Assembly: GCF_036321535.1 (NCBI RefSeq)
Contig: NC_087436.1
Span: forward strand, 82,524,001 to 82,588,000
DNA: 64,000 nucleotides
Direction of reading: 5' to 3'
Source: Camelus dromedarius
Lineage: Eukaryota
Position numbers and translations under genes: made by a program. Positions 12,753-24,783 of the stretch are shown here, one piece after another. Every line of letters begins with the position of its first letter. Positions within the stretch are counted from its first letter, which is position 1. The notes beneath the pieces are model-generated. The model saw only the letters and a program-made list of their open reading frames with translations. It did no database searches and was not told where the DNA came from.

Positions 12753-14475
12753 AATTGATGTCACTGGTTAAGAAGCTCTCTGTGTACACCTCCATGAAAG
12801 TGCTATCTTTCTTAAATTATGTGAAATTTTCTGTGTGAATGATATTTGAACCAAAATTTTAAGACAAGTATGACTTTGCTTCCAGGGTTTGCTTACACAA
12901 GCAATTTCATTGGGAAAGTATTACCGTGTAACTCCCTGTGGTCCTGTTTTAAGAGACTGGCAGCTTGCTCAAGAAATTGACCACTCTGTCAAAAAGGCAA
13001 ATCTGTTTGTAGAGCTGTCCCTCCCAGCATGGATGCAAGAATATCTAAGCTAAACACTATCCTGCTTGTTCTTAGGCAAGAACAATGCGGAATTCCTCTT
13101 CCTGCTCCTTGACTTAGCTACAATCACTGGGAGAAAAAAGTTCTCATGACTATGAAGAAATGGCAGTTCTATAAGTATTCTGTCAGGATCCTTTCCAGGA
13201 TGGGTTGTAACCAACAGCACTTTTTAAAAGCTCATAAAATAGTGTAAGTCAGTATGAAGTGTTCAGATTTGATAATTCGAATGAGTTAGATGTCTGAAGA
13301 GTCAGTATTTTCGCTGGAAGAGACTTTGGGGGTATATTCATACATTTACCCAAGGTCACACAGCTAATTTAATTTTAAAGATGAGCTTATAATTTAGGCT
13401 TCCCCACAACAGATCAGTGCTCTTTTAGCCATGTTTTGATGTAAAGGTCGATTTGCTAATTTTGTAATTATCAATAATTATTGAAGGTAGGTTCTTAAAC
13501 ATTTTTAGAACATATATTTATATATATATGTATAATAAATTCTAGAAATATGCTAGAATTTTCATGATTTGTCATTTGGAAATGGACTATAATACTGTTT
13601 AAACAGAGTTGATTATGGGAAGAGCACTAGCTATTTGAATTCAAGACTTAGATTCTTATTTAATTTGACCTTAAAGTTTCTGGGACACTTAAATATTCTT
13701 CAAGATGAGTGACTTTAAATAATCTGTATTAAAGAATCCTGAAAATTTTTACCTCAGGCACACATTGATTGAGGCCTAACTTTCTGACATTTTTGCAAAA
13801 TACTGCATGTCTCTAATTCTAAGATACCGTCAGCTGTGAAGTGTACCATTTAGTTAGTGATGCGTCTTAAAGAAAAAGGAGATCCTAAGTTAAAGGCATC
13901 TGCTGTGAGATGTGTTGATTTCAGAAAATGTTTAAGTGTGAAAAGTGTATGGGAAATGAAATTTTTTAGTATTCTCTTTTGTAATTTAAGTATTTCTCCT
14001 ATGTTTTCATAAACAAAGATTTTGAATAACATACCAATAAAGGTCCTCATTAAAAAGTTGAATTATGTGCAGTTCAGTAAAAAAAAGTTATCTGCTGGGA
14101 TTTAGAATTGATAATCTTTATTGTATTATGCATTCATGCTAATAAGTCATTAGTGAAGAAATAATCTAGTCTATTTCATCTCTCCTAAAGCAATTTATTC
14201 TATCACTCTTAAATCTGTGACTCTTCACCTTCATCCTCATCTATGATAGAAGAGGCTGTTTTGTCAATTTGGATGAGTTGAATAAAGGAATATAGATCTG
14301 TTTGCATGCATTGAGATAGTTTTTTGGCTTTGAATTTAAAAGCCACACTTTATTTTGTTTCCAAATGAATTGGACAAATAAAGATAGATGATAAGATGAA
14401 CTGGCTCATCATATATAGGGTGTTGAATGTAATATTTTTTATAAACTTATAGATTAACAAGGCAGATGAATTTAC

Positions 14476-14502
14476 CGCTATAAGGTCATCAAGTGTCAGG
14501 AC
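14476..14502 (-). CDS. SCPPPQ1: SCPPPQ1 27-nt exon (VLTLDDLIA)
   Basis: tttctttattctag|GTC CTG ACA CTT GAT GAC CTT ATA GCG|gtaaat, phase 0-0. Confidence 0.85.
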
Positions 14503-15531
14503 CTAGAATAAAGAAACATAATCAAATAATCAAGGGGTTATAATTCAGCATTTTATCTATCTTTTCTATGTTATACATTTTATATTAGTTTGATTAATGA
14601 AAACGTGCTTTTTAGAATTCTAAGCATTTATAAAATTATGTCAGTAGGATTCACATTCACTAGTATTTTAAGTACTTCTACCCCATAGTACTGTCCCCGC
14701 ACCCAGCCCCAAACCTACTATCTCTGGAAACATGTAGTCCACATTTTCTTTTGTGGACTCCAAAAGTAGCAGGAACTTCTTGGAATGATCGTTAAACTTA
14801 CATTTATGAGGTTGGAAAAAAGACTATATTTGGGGATCACCTCTTTATGAAAAGAAGCTTTAATAATATCATTTCCTATAATTGTAATAGAAGTAACATA
14901 AAAAAATTTGGAATTAACATGCTATATTATACATAATTTGTTTTTTGCTTGTGACTGAGTCAGTCTCATCCTATGTGATTTTCCTTCATTCAGTAAGATC
15001 CTGTCAAAAGTAAAATTTAAATAATCCCTTTATACCATGATCATAATCTTAAATCTAGTTCAGAGGCTTCTGAGACAGAATCCATTTCAGTAAGAATGCA
15101 TTTTCCCCCACTGTAAGCATAAAATTTTAGAGATGTAATGGACTTTATATATCATTCATTTTCACTATTTTATATTTTAAGAGAAAGTAAGGCATGAAGG
15201 AGTTTGAGATTACTCCCAAGTATTAAATGACAGAGCTTGCATCCTCAGATTATTTGACTTCAAATTCTTTTTGTGCTAGTCTCCTGGGTTCCATCCACAT
15301 GGTCAAGGAAAGTTTCAGGTTTTAGGTAGTTCAGTTTTCAAAGATATGTGAGATTTATACATTAAATGGCTCAAATAAGACAAAATAATCAATCACTAGT
15401 GATCCCCAAAGGAGAATGATAGCCATTATTTTTGGTGTCAAGTTCCTTTCCCAATAAATGTAAAGAATTTTCAAGGTTTTGTTTTGTATTCTTTTAAATA
15501 CTTTCATAAAAGAAACTTAAAGTATAATTAC

Positions 15532-15576
15532 CTGATTTGGATTATTAAGAAATGGAAAAGGAAGAGGAATTGGAAT
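15532..15576 (-). CDS. SCPPPQ1: SCPPPQ1 45-nt exon ([15 protein letters not shown])
   Basis: ttttttccttttttgtag|ATT CCA ATT CCT CTT CCT TTT CCA TTT CTT AAT AAT CCA AAT CAG|gtaatt, phase 0-0. Confidence 0.88.
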
Positions 15577-15660
15577 CTACAAAAAAGGAAAAAAGAGTGA
15601 ATTATGTGATGTTCACATTTTGTTTTAGCTTTTTTTCTCAATTATTCATCCATTTACTTG

Positions 15661-15700
15661 TCCATCCATCCATCCATCCATCCATCCATCCATTCATCCA
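15661..15700 (+). repeat. (TCCA)n microsatellite, probably at an L2 tail
   Basis: TCCATCCATCCATCC... followed by GTATTTATTGAGCA. Confidence 0.8.
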
Positions 15701-17032
15701 GTATTTATTGAGCAATTGCATGCTCTCAGGGAGTCCTCCTTCTATGGGAGAGATTAGATTTTAGTAGATTTCAAATCATTTTTTCTTTCAAGAAGTATGC
15801 GTATTATGCTTAATTAATCAAACCTAAAGCCTAGGAATCTGTCTTTTGTGTTGATAGTTCTTGCAAATCCATCAGTTTCTGTACGGTAAATCATTCTTTG
15901 CCTGGATTTTTAATACTATTCTGCCATCTGGTGGAAAGAAGAGCTTCCATTTCAAATACTAGTGATTGTATTGCCACACAGATTTACATAATTTAAAAAT
16001 AAGATGTTAATAGTGATTCCTAAATTTTAATTATAAACCAAGACTCCAGGATTTTGCATTAAATGTAAGAACTTAGAAATTTAGTGTCTAAGATTCAAAT
16101 AGGCCATATGAAAGCATAAAAGGGAAAGAGTGTTCCATTGAGGACTATAACTTTAGGGACAATTTCCAAAAGCCTACTTAAAGTTAAAAAATAAACAGTT
16201 TGAAATTAAATATCAGCCAAGGGAAGATGTTTGTTACATTTAGATATAAAAGCAAAATTATGCAAAATTGTGCTTATATTTTAAAAATATTTAGGTAATA
16301 GACAAGGAGTCAAACAAAATGCTATTTTAAACCGTGTATGAACTTTTCAAAACATCATTGCCTAAATACTGTTTATTTAAGATATCCCAACCTGTGTTGC
16401 AGCCTCATTACCCTAGTCTTTCTTTCCCCAAGTTGCCTGTCCTTCTCAGCACTTGCTGTTCCCCCTGCCTGGAGTGCCCCACCTACTTCTCATGACCTGG
16501 CTTGGATACTTCTCCTCTGTGAAAGAAGTCTTTGGCACACAGCCTAAATCAACTGGTTTTGTATTTGCATCTAGAAGCATTTACACAAATACATTGTTTT
16601 TTCATTTATGAATCTCTCTTCCTTATTAGATTATGAACTTATTCATACCTTTTTGTATTTCCAGCCCTCACTGTAGACCCCATTATATAGTAGACACTCA
16701 GTAAGTATTAGCCAAATATATGCTGTCTGTACCAATAAAGGCAGCTCTATTATGTATTTAGCATTGTTCTGGCCTTTATTTAAAAAATGTTTTAAGAATT
16801 CAGATATTAGGAGAGATTGGAGAGGATACAGAAAGAAAAACAAAATAATTATATTGTTTGACCTGTGAGAAAAAGTTACAGACAGCTGGGAAAAAAAAAC
16901 TTTAGAGAAAAGAAAGCAGCAAGGTGATTTAGGAAAAGAACAGGTAAAATAGAAAAAGATTAGCATTCCCATTCCCTTCATAAAGAGTAACTAAGCTTGT
17001 CATAGTCAAAGAAATTCAGCATAAACACCTCT

Positions 17033-17120
17033 GTTTTTTGAATGGAGTTACTGGGAATTGAACCCAGGACCTCAAGCATGCTAAGCCTGTATTTTGCCAC
17101 TGAGCTACACCCACTCCCCA
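17033..17120 (-). mobile_element. tRNA-derived SINE (short form) in an SCPPPQ1 intron
   Basis: Reverse complement reads GGGGAGTGGGTGTAGCTCAGTGGC...GGTCCTGGGTTCAATTCCCAG, the same family as the other SINEs. Confidence 0.85.
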
Positions 17121-17366
17121 CCCTTAAGTACCTTTTTGATAACAAGTGTAGAGAGATATGGGAGCAAGTTACTGAAGCTTTGGAGGGAAATTTGCTAGCC
17201 CCTTGTCAAACTTTCGCAAGCTGTGCAGGGAAAGAAGTGTGAGTAGTTGATGCCTGGTGGCCTCCGAAAGCCTCATATTTCTGTGTCAAAATTTGGAAAA
17301 TGTTATAACCATTATCCAACTAATAAATACTTTTTGTGATTTGAGATCCCCCAAGCCTGTGCTTAC

Positions 17367-17444
17367 CAGGGGCAATTGCGGAGGTAGGGGAAACGGGATC
17401 TGGGGAAAAAATGCTGGTTCTTGCGGTGGGTAAACGTTAAATCT
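17367..17444 (-). CDS. SCPPPQ1: SCPPPQ1 78-nt Pro-rich exon ([26 protein letters not shown])
   Basis: cttgttacag|AGA TTT...CCC CTG|gtaagc, phase 0-0, rich in P, Q and F. Confidence 0.92.
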
Positions 17445-17536
17445 CTGTAACAAGATACAGGATGTCAGTCATTTCAAACATTTGCAGACTTTAAAAGTGA
17501 TGAACATGTCATTTGAAAATACAACCAGAAGTTTAC

Positions 17537-17569
17537 CTGACTACTGGAACTTCCTCCAGGTTGTTCAAG
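17537..17569 (-). CDS. SCPPPQ1: SCPPPQ1 33-nt Ser-cluster exon ([11 protein letters not shown])
   Basis: gttattgttttacaag|CTT GAA CAA CCT GGA GGA AGT TCC AGT AGT CAG|gtaaac. Occupies the position of the SCPP SSE exon. Confidence 0.9.
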
Positions 17570-18529
17570 CTTGTAAAACAATAACAGCAACAAGGTGAAA
17601 CAACATATGGCAATACGTTATTCATTACGGAGAGGTTTTATTCTAAATGAGAATAGGTAGCAAGCCACTCATCAGTAACGTAGCTTTCCCTCCGAAATAA
17701 AAAGCAGTCAAGTCTAATAGGAAAAGTTAAATTAATTTTGTCCAGTGATTTAGAATTTGTACTTTCTACCTTTAAACTTACTTCCAAAGAATGTTTTTCT
17801 TTACATTTCTTAAGATTAATTACATATTGCATGCCTCTTTACCTTTGAATCAAGAGTGCTCTCTAATTGTTCTCAGCATTTATGAGTTCAAAGTGGAGAG
17901 AGTGTGGAAGTGTAAATTTAAACTTTGTATCCACAAATGCAAATTTTGAAAGCTCCCTCGCTTCTTTGAAGGCTCCTTTGTTACAAAATGTGCAGGGAAC
18001 AGGATTTCTTGCCTACTAGGTGCTCTACATAGTCAGACCATAATAAATGCGGAATAGAATCATTGATCTCATTTGTATGATGGTGAAGCATGACTGTAGT
18101 CAACATGAGACGGTTTGGGATAAGGGTATTGTAAATGAAACTCAATTTAAACTGCCTAAATAAGACCTAGGTCACTGAGGGGTACTTGCTTTATATTGCT
18201 TAATATATTTGAGAGCTTCCTATGTTCCATTGGATACATTTTTATCATTCTCGCACAACTCTGAGGTAGTTCTTAACAACTCATTTTACAGACTGGGAAG
18301 CCATGGGTTATTTCCTTGCTCAAGGTCATGCAGCTTGCAAATGGCATGTAGATCTGAGATTTGTATTGGAGACCCTTAGAGTGAAGAACAGTGGTAAACT
18401 CCTAGTTCTGCAAATCTCCTGAAGTCCACTTTCCTTTTCTGTGAAATGAAAAGACGCAGAAAATGCTTTCTAGCCCAGAAATACTGTCTCTAGAACAGAA
18501 ATGGAGTGGAAAATAGGAGGAGTACTTAC

Positions 18530-18586
18530 AGGGATGGGCAGAGCAGTGGCAGTGATCAAAAGGCTAGCCAGGATAAGAAATTTCAT
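18530..18586 (-). CDS. SCPPPQ1: SCPPPQ1 first coding exon: signal peptide ([19 protein letters not shown])
   Basis: ctctttcttcag|A ATG AAA TTT CTT ATC CTG...CCC ATC CCT|gtaagt. Classic SCPP signal-peptide exon (MK, hydrophobic core, ATA/LP). Syntenic position between NUDT9 and SPARCL1. Confidence 0.93.
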
Positions 18587-19202
18587 TCTGAAGAAAGAGT
18601 CTGGAATTGAAGGGTTAGGAGATCATTTTTTTGTTTTTTCTAAGTCCTCTTCTCATTGTAAATGGACTTTTTAGTGAGAGATTTTAAAATAGTGGTCAGC
18701 CTATATTCTTGTCTCTAGATCTAGGCTTTGTAAGCCTAGAACAGTGCTTTAAAAATCTTTAAACAAGACATGCATTCTTGGGCTCAAAACATTAACATAC
18801 ACTTCCTATTCTTCCTTATAATCTCAAAGTTCAACCCATACTGTTTGGTTCCTGAAGTTATTTGATTTTGTGATCTCTACCCACAAATCTTCAAACATGA
18901 GATCATGCTTAATATTAGAGATGTATCACCACTGGCTCAATGAGATTTCTTACGTAATATACAAATAAATCCACCTTGAGCTTCTACCCCCATGAGATTT
19001 ACCAGGTCATCATGTGGCCTGGATGCTGCTAGACAGTTATACTTCATCAAGAAGGAAATGATATGGAAAAATCTTGAAAGGCATAATGAGTTTGTAGAGA
19101 ATAAACAATATAAATAAAATCAATGCTGTCTTTACTGGCCAGCTGATTCTGAAAGCAAACCTTTTTATAGTCTTAAATCATATTTAATTCAAATTAACTT
19201 AC

Positions 19203-19250
19203 CTTGTGAGTTTCAAACCAAATCACTGTACTCTGGAACTGAATTTTGGA
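19203..19250 (-). other. SCPPPQ1: Candidate 5' non-coding exon of SCPPPQ1
   Basis: Consensus donor CAAG|gtaagt at 19202-19197. TATA-like TAATAAGA (~19273-19280) and TATATAAA (~19317-19324) lie upstream. A possible acceptor at 19239-19240 could make it an internal 36-nt UTR exon instead. Confidence 0.5.
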
Positions 19251-21296
19251 AGAAAAATCAATTTCATCATATTCTTATTAAGGCATGTCCCCAGTATCCA
19301 AAGCAAGTTATATCTCTTTATATATGTCACTCTTCAACTATTTTATACCATGTATTTGGAACTCAGCTCTGATTTATCTTTGTGCTATTTTACTTTGCCT
19401 TATCCCCCTTTCCCCTTTTCATGTTTCTCCTTTGTATTTTTCTTCCTTCTGGATTCAAACCCTTGAATTTTTTTCTTCCTTTGATAAGTGGACCTGTTAG
19501 AAATCATTAAATTATCCAACAGAATTTTACCTAGTGCAATAAAATCAGTTCAAATTACACTGTATGTCTTTTCAGTTACCTTTGCTTCAAATGGTCCTTG
19601 AGCAACAAATTCAAAGAGCAGTGTGATCTAGAATCTCTATGCCTGTCTAGTATTTAAGCCAAATTGTTAATACCTTTGTGGTCATGGGCAATATGAGTCA
19701 CAGAATTTGCAGCTGAACTGAGTAATTGGTTCTAGACAAGGAACTCCAACTTCTAAAGTATGTCAGTTACACAGAAATAGGCTTAAAGACTGATTACTGA
19801 GAAAATAACTTCATCTCCTTGGTTGGGATTAGAGTAATGTCTTTATCACAAACAACCCACAATTAAAAATTGTGACTACCAAGAATATTAGAGTGCTTTT
19901 ACAATATATCCAGGGCAGCTATACACATGGGAGCCTTAACTAATAAAAATTTAAGGTTCTAAAACTTTCTATTATTAAATAATATTTTTATTTCAAAACA
20001 AATTATTTTCAAGTAAAAAATTTTTAGTGAATATTTAGGTAGCGTCCTTAGATCAAAATCACTTTTCACTATTCCAAAACATTTAAAATATTTAGAAGAC
20101 ATTAAAGATAGCAATTTAGGTCTAAGTAATGCCTCCAAAATTAATTTCACTGTTCCCAACAAATGTACAGTTACAAACTTGGTTTTTAATTAGTTAGGAC
20201 CTTTCATGACATTTCTTTGCAGGTATACAGAAAAACATTCTGAATTTTGGAATAATTCCTAAAGTTATTTCCCTAGTTGGGAGAAATTATAAATAATGCT
20301 TCATTATATTTTGATTAATCAAATTTATCTTAATTATCTAGACATGGCATGGTGTGATGTAGTCTGGTTAAGAACAAATGACTCGAACTAAGAGTGTAAA
20401 CACAATTTTGAAGTTAATCAGAGAAGATTATTCTGATAGAAAACAAACTGTCATTTAAGTGTCCTTCAGATAAAATTCCTAGGGGCCTATTCTCTCAGTG
20501 ATTATAGATAAGGCTCTTAACAACAACAAATTTTTTATTATTTGAAAAAAAATTAAGACAATTGCATTAATATCTTCTATCAGGAAAATATGTGAAAAAC
20601 CATTTTATTTTCTTTTAAATATTGTAAGTAGGGTAAACTGGGTGACAGGTTCTTTTATTGCTTTGCTTCAGACCTTGGAAAACTCTATTTTGATATCTTT
20701 TATATTTTTGCAATTTCACTTATACTGTATTAATAGTTACCAAAGAAGAGCTCAAAGAGAAACACAGATTTTCTTTTCTGACACATCTTGCTATCAACTT
20801 ACGCTAGTAGTATTCATACCTGACCACATTGGACATCAGGACACTTCAGGGCTCTCCACTGTCTGGTAACTTTATATTCTCTTTAAAAACATGAAACGTG
20901 TAGTGATTTTGCAGGGTCTCGCTCTCCCCTGACACACATGTACACCAGCACAAAAGCTAAAATTAGTTGTATCAAGCAGGGCATAATCATCCACATTTTT
21001 AATTGAATTGATTTGATTGAACTTAATTGAGCAATTGAATTCAAAAATTTTTCTGTTTAAACTTACATTATGGCAAAGGACATTTATGAGCAACTGCCAT
21101 TTTAACAACTGAGTATTTATTTCCCATAGGAAAAGTCACCTCCAAGCACACTCATACTTTTTTTTTTTTTTAAGCGGTAGGGTCCAGGAAGCACAACTAT
21201 AACTTGATATGAAGTGTGAGCCCTGGGCTGGTCTTTCACATACAATTGTTTAAGTAAATGACTGGAAACAAATAGGCATTTGGATTTTTATGGACT

Positions 21297-21528
21297 TTTA
21301 TTAGGATATTAAGATATTGAAAATAATATACATCAACAACAAAGAACATTATTTCACTTTTTTGAAGTGCACATAATATGGACAAAATGAACCTACTTTT
21401 TTTGAGTTTTATCATTTTTAAGTATCTCATAATTGGATGCAGAGAGTGATGAGTTAAACTCTTGTTCACAAACAGTGTATGTATGGTATTTTGCATATAT
21501 TGACTTTACTTAATTTTAGAGTTTTATT
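21297..21528 (-). terminator. SPARCL1: Two candidate SPARCL1 polyadenylation signals
   Basis: Minus-strand AATAAA at 21523-21528 and 21297-21302, downstream of the stop at 21710. Confidence 0.55.
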
Positions 21529-21709
21529 TTCAGAGTTAATGTTAAATGCCTGGTGCATATACTGTTATCAAGCAGTGACTCTCATTGTCTTCTCAGACAT
21601 GCAAGCATTTTGCTAAATATAAATCTACAAATATTATGGCTGCATATACTTCAGAAGTGATAAGAACAGGGGAGGATGCTGGGAAGTTTGCGTTCTTTCA
21701 AATCTTAAT

Positions 21710-21738
21710 TCAAAACAGGAGATTTTCATCTATGTCTT
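21710..21738 (-). CDS. SPARCL1: SPARCL1 exon 11 (last; (E)DIDENLLF*)
   Basis: tttcacag|AA GAC ATA GAT GAA AAT CTC CTG TTT TGA, the hevin C-terminus. Confidence 0.95.
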
Positions 21739-21847
21739 CTGTGAAAAACAAAAACAAAATACACTTTTAGAAAGTAACCAGAGTAGTAATATAAACAAAC
21801 AGTGTTAGAGCTGGGGGGTCAGAGAAGCCATCAGTAAGGCCGTATTG

Positions 21848-22016
21848 GTGGTTCTCAATCCTGGTTATGCATCAACATCACCCATGAAACTTTAAAAAAT
21901 ATGTATCCTTGGGTCTCATTCCTGGCCTCCTGAATCTGCATCCCCAGGGGTGGGCCAGTGGCATGTATACATTTAGAAGGCTCTGCAGGTAGTTCTTATG
22001 TAGGTTAAGAACCACT
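21848..22016. mobile_element. MER5-like hAT-Charlie DNA transposon relic
   Basis: Terminal inverted ends GTGGTTCTCAA ... TTAAGAACCAC with a MER5A-like interior. Confidence 0.7.
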
Positions 22017-24783
22017 AATAGAGGTGGTTGAGGGGAGGCCCAGCCAAGAAGAGCTAAGTACATTAATCTATAAGGGTTGCTAAAAAAAATCCAAATAAAC
22101 AGAAGTATGATGCTAGTTAAATCAAAGTTCCAATCAAGTAATTGTAAAAGAACTTAATGCCACACCTGTGGAAGAAGACAGCGTCCTCTCAGGGATATAA
22201 GACCACTCCTTACCACCATGGCCCACTTCACTCAATAATTGTTAAACAGATGCTTAAAGCAGATTAATCTGAAGCACACTCAACTACTACCCTGTCTGGG
22301 ATACCACGTAATTTTCCTGGCCGATGTAAGTCTTCATCTTGCCCCAAAAGTGGGAAAAATTACAGACTTTTTGGTAACTTTGACTTTGGGTAACTTTCTT
22401 TTGAGCACTGGCTTCATTTGTAAGGTAGGGCTAATAGTCTTGCTCCTTATAAATTTACTTATATTCACACTCCTATTTTTTTGTCTTTTTTCTGTTCTTC
22501 AGATGAGAGATGTCCCTCCTGTTGACTTTGAGGTGAATCCTCTGCCTGTGCCCAGGATCTCTTCTCATCTTTTCAGAATTCTCCCCTATTTTCTTCTTTT
22601 TCTTGTTTTATGTCCTCAATCTTTCCTTTTTTATTTTTACTGGACCCTTCCCCTTAATGTTTAAATATGCTGCATTTCCAGCCTTGAAACAGTGCCTAGC
22701 ACTATGTAGCCCATCAGTAAAGATTTGATGAGTGAATGAATGAGTAAGTGAACGAATGAGAGCTCGAGCCTTCTTTATTCTCAAAAATGCTTCCCCGGGC
22801 TCTGTGTCCCTCTCTAGCTCCTGCCTGCCTTCAGACATTCACTCTTTAGCCTTTCTTATCTCCTGTTCTTTCTCAGTGTCTGGCTTGCATCTCTATCATT
22901 CTACCAAAACTCTCTCACCAAGGCCACCGAGGATATCCTTATTCCTACGTACAGCAAATATTCCCCATCTTTCACTTGACATCTCAGCATCACTTAGCAC
23001 TGTGTGCTCTTCCTCCTCTTTGAAACACCTCCTTAGACATGGCACCATCCTATTTTCTTTTTCCTTTCAGGAGACTTTTCACTCTTTTCTGGTGAACTGC
23101 TTCTTCCTTCTCTTTCCATTGTTCTTGGTGTTCAACCCAAGACCCTTTTCCATGTAACTCAGCCCATCTTCCTCAGGGAATTAATTCCTCTTCCCTAGTA
23201 TCAGTTACTTTCTGTATGCTAATAATCTCCAAATATGTATTTAAATTCCCAAACTCTGTCTTGAAAAGCACAACCACACATTCTTCTATCAACTGTACAC
23301 TGTTACCCAAGTACTTCAAAATTCCGTGTGTTCCAAACAGAATTTGTCATTTCCTCCCAAACCTGCTTGTGTTCTTTTATTTTCCATCTCTGGAAGGTAC
23401 CTCTACTTATGCTGCCTGGCCTGAGCGAGGAACCTAGGCGTGGTACTTCTCTTGCTCTCAGTCTCTCAACTGTCTGCTTCCTGTCCCAACATATTTCCTA
23501 TCAAACACTGTCTTCTTATTTCTCCATGCTATACATCTTGAATATGTTTATATTCTCAAATATATCTATAGGTTGCTTTTTAAAAAATGTATTTGAGTAT
23601 GTTTACTTTTCTTTTTCCCCATTATAACTACCCTAATTCATGTTCTCATCAACTCTTGTCTGGATTTACTACAGCTTTTCTCTGGCTTATGCACAATGTA
23701 ATCAAAAGAATCTTTATTAGATACAAATCGAGTGAAATCACTCCCCTATTTAAAACACTTGGTTATCCTCCAGTACTCTGAGGATAGTATCTCTAAGTGG
23801 CTTAGCAGGATCTGCTTGTTGTGACTCGTTTCCACTATTAGTCTCACTTGGAAGGTTTTCCTAAGATTAACGTGGATATATGTCAACACATGGTATGTCA
23901 TACGTAATAAATAAATGAGACTTTCACCTCTTAATTGAACCCCATTTTTACACACAAGGAAAATGAGATTTGCTGAGGTTAAGTGGCATGCCCTAGTTCA
24001 CATTAGCTAGTTAATGACAGAGCTGGGATATTTCAGCACATCTGGAGATGCAAAGGAAGTTAAAATTCAGGACCCCACTGGCTAAAATTTATCTTATCCT
24101 GTGGATTTCTCAGTCCTGAGAGAATGAAGAGTATGCTTACAAATAGACATTATTACTATTATTTTTTTTCTTTTCCTAGCTGTATCTCAAGGCAGTAACT
24201 TGTTTACATGTTCTGATTGAATACTTAATATCCGCTTTATTGGCTTACTCTGTGATAATTCTTTCCCTTCTTCAAAATAGCGTAATCATGGCCAAACCAC
24301 AGTGAACAAACAAGATCATTAGGAGTTTTGTGAGTTACTGAACTTCAAGCCCTTCCTACTCCTCCCAGTCACCCAGCACAGGGCTTGAGTGAGCCCACAT
24401 GCTGAAGAGCTGCCAGAAGCCTCAAATGGAACAGCGAAGCGCAACTGGTTTCCTCAAATGGCCTCTGTTTAAATTTGCCTTTGGGTCACTCCTTTATAAT
24501 CATGCGCCATATAAAAGAGCATACATAAATATGTCCTGTCCCAGCTAAGTTTTCCTCTTGATAATGGTGGAGGGAAGGGGGCAGGGTGGCTGTGCTTGGG
24601 TACATTTTGTCTTTTTAATATGGGACCTGGAAAAAACAGTGTTAGTCACTTTTAGGGATACATTTGGATTTGTAAGTACTGTGCTTAATAGAGTAGATTT
24701 AAGAAAGGAAATTAACATTTGCATGGGTCAGGGTCTTAAAAGCATGTTAATTTCCTATCGATGTTAATAGGATGGAGACAGCA

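Noticed and set aside
13085..13130. + strand signal-peptide-like start (ATGCGGAATTCCTCTTCCTG...)
   Set aside because: In-frame stop after 10 codons and no donor; the real signal-peptide exon is on the minus strand at 18530-18586.
17843..19597. Extra minus-strand micro-exon candidates (17843-17862, 19003-19028, ~19580-19596)
   Set aside because: Lengths of 20, 26 and 17 nt are not multiples of three, acceptors are weak, and they are not needed for the intact reading frame.
22239..23627. Cluster of hydrophobic 70-140 aa ORFs
   Set aside because: They lie in pyrimidine-rich, L2-like intronic sequence, mostly lack a credible start or splice structure, and resemble no family I recognise.
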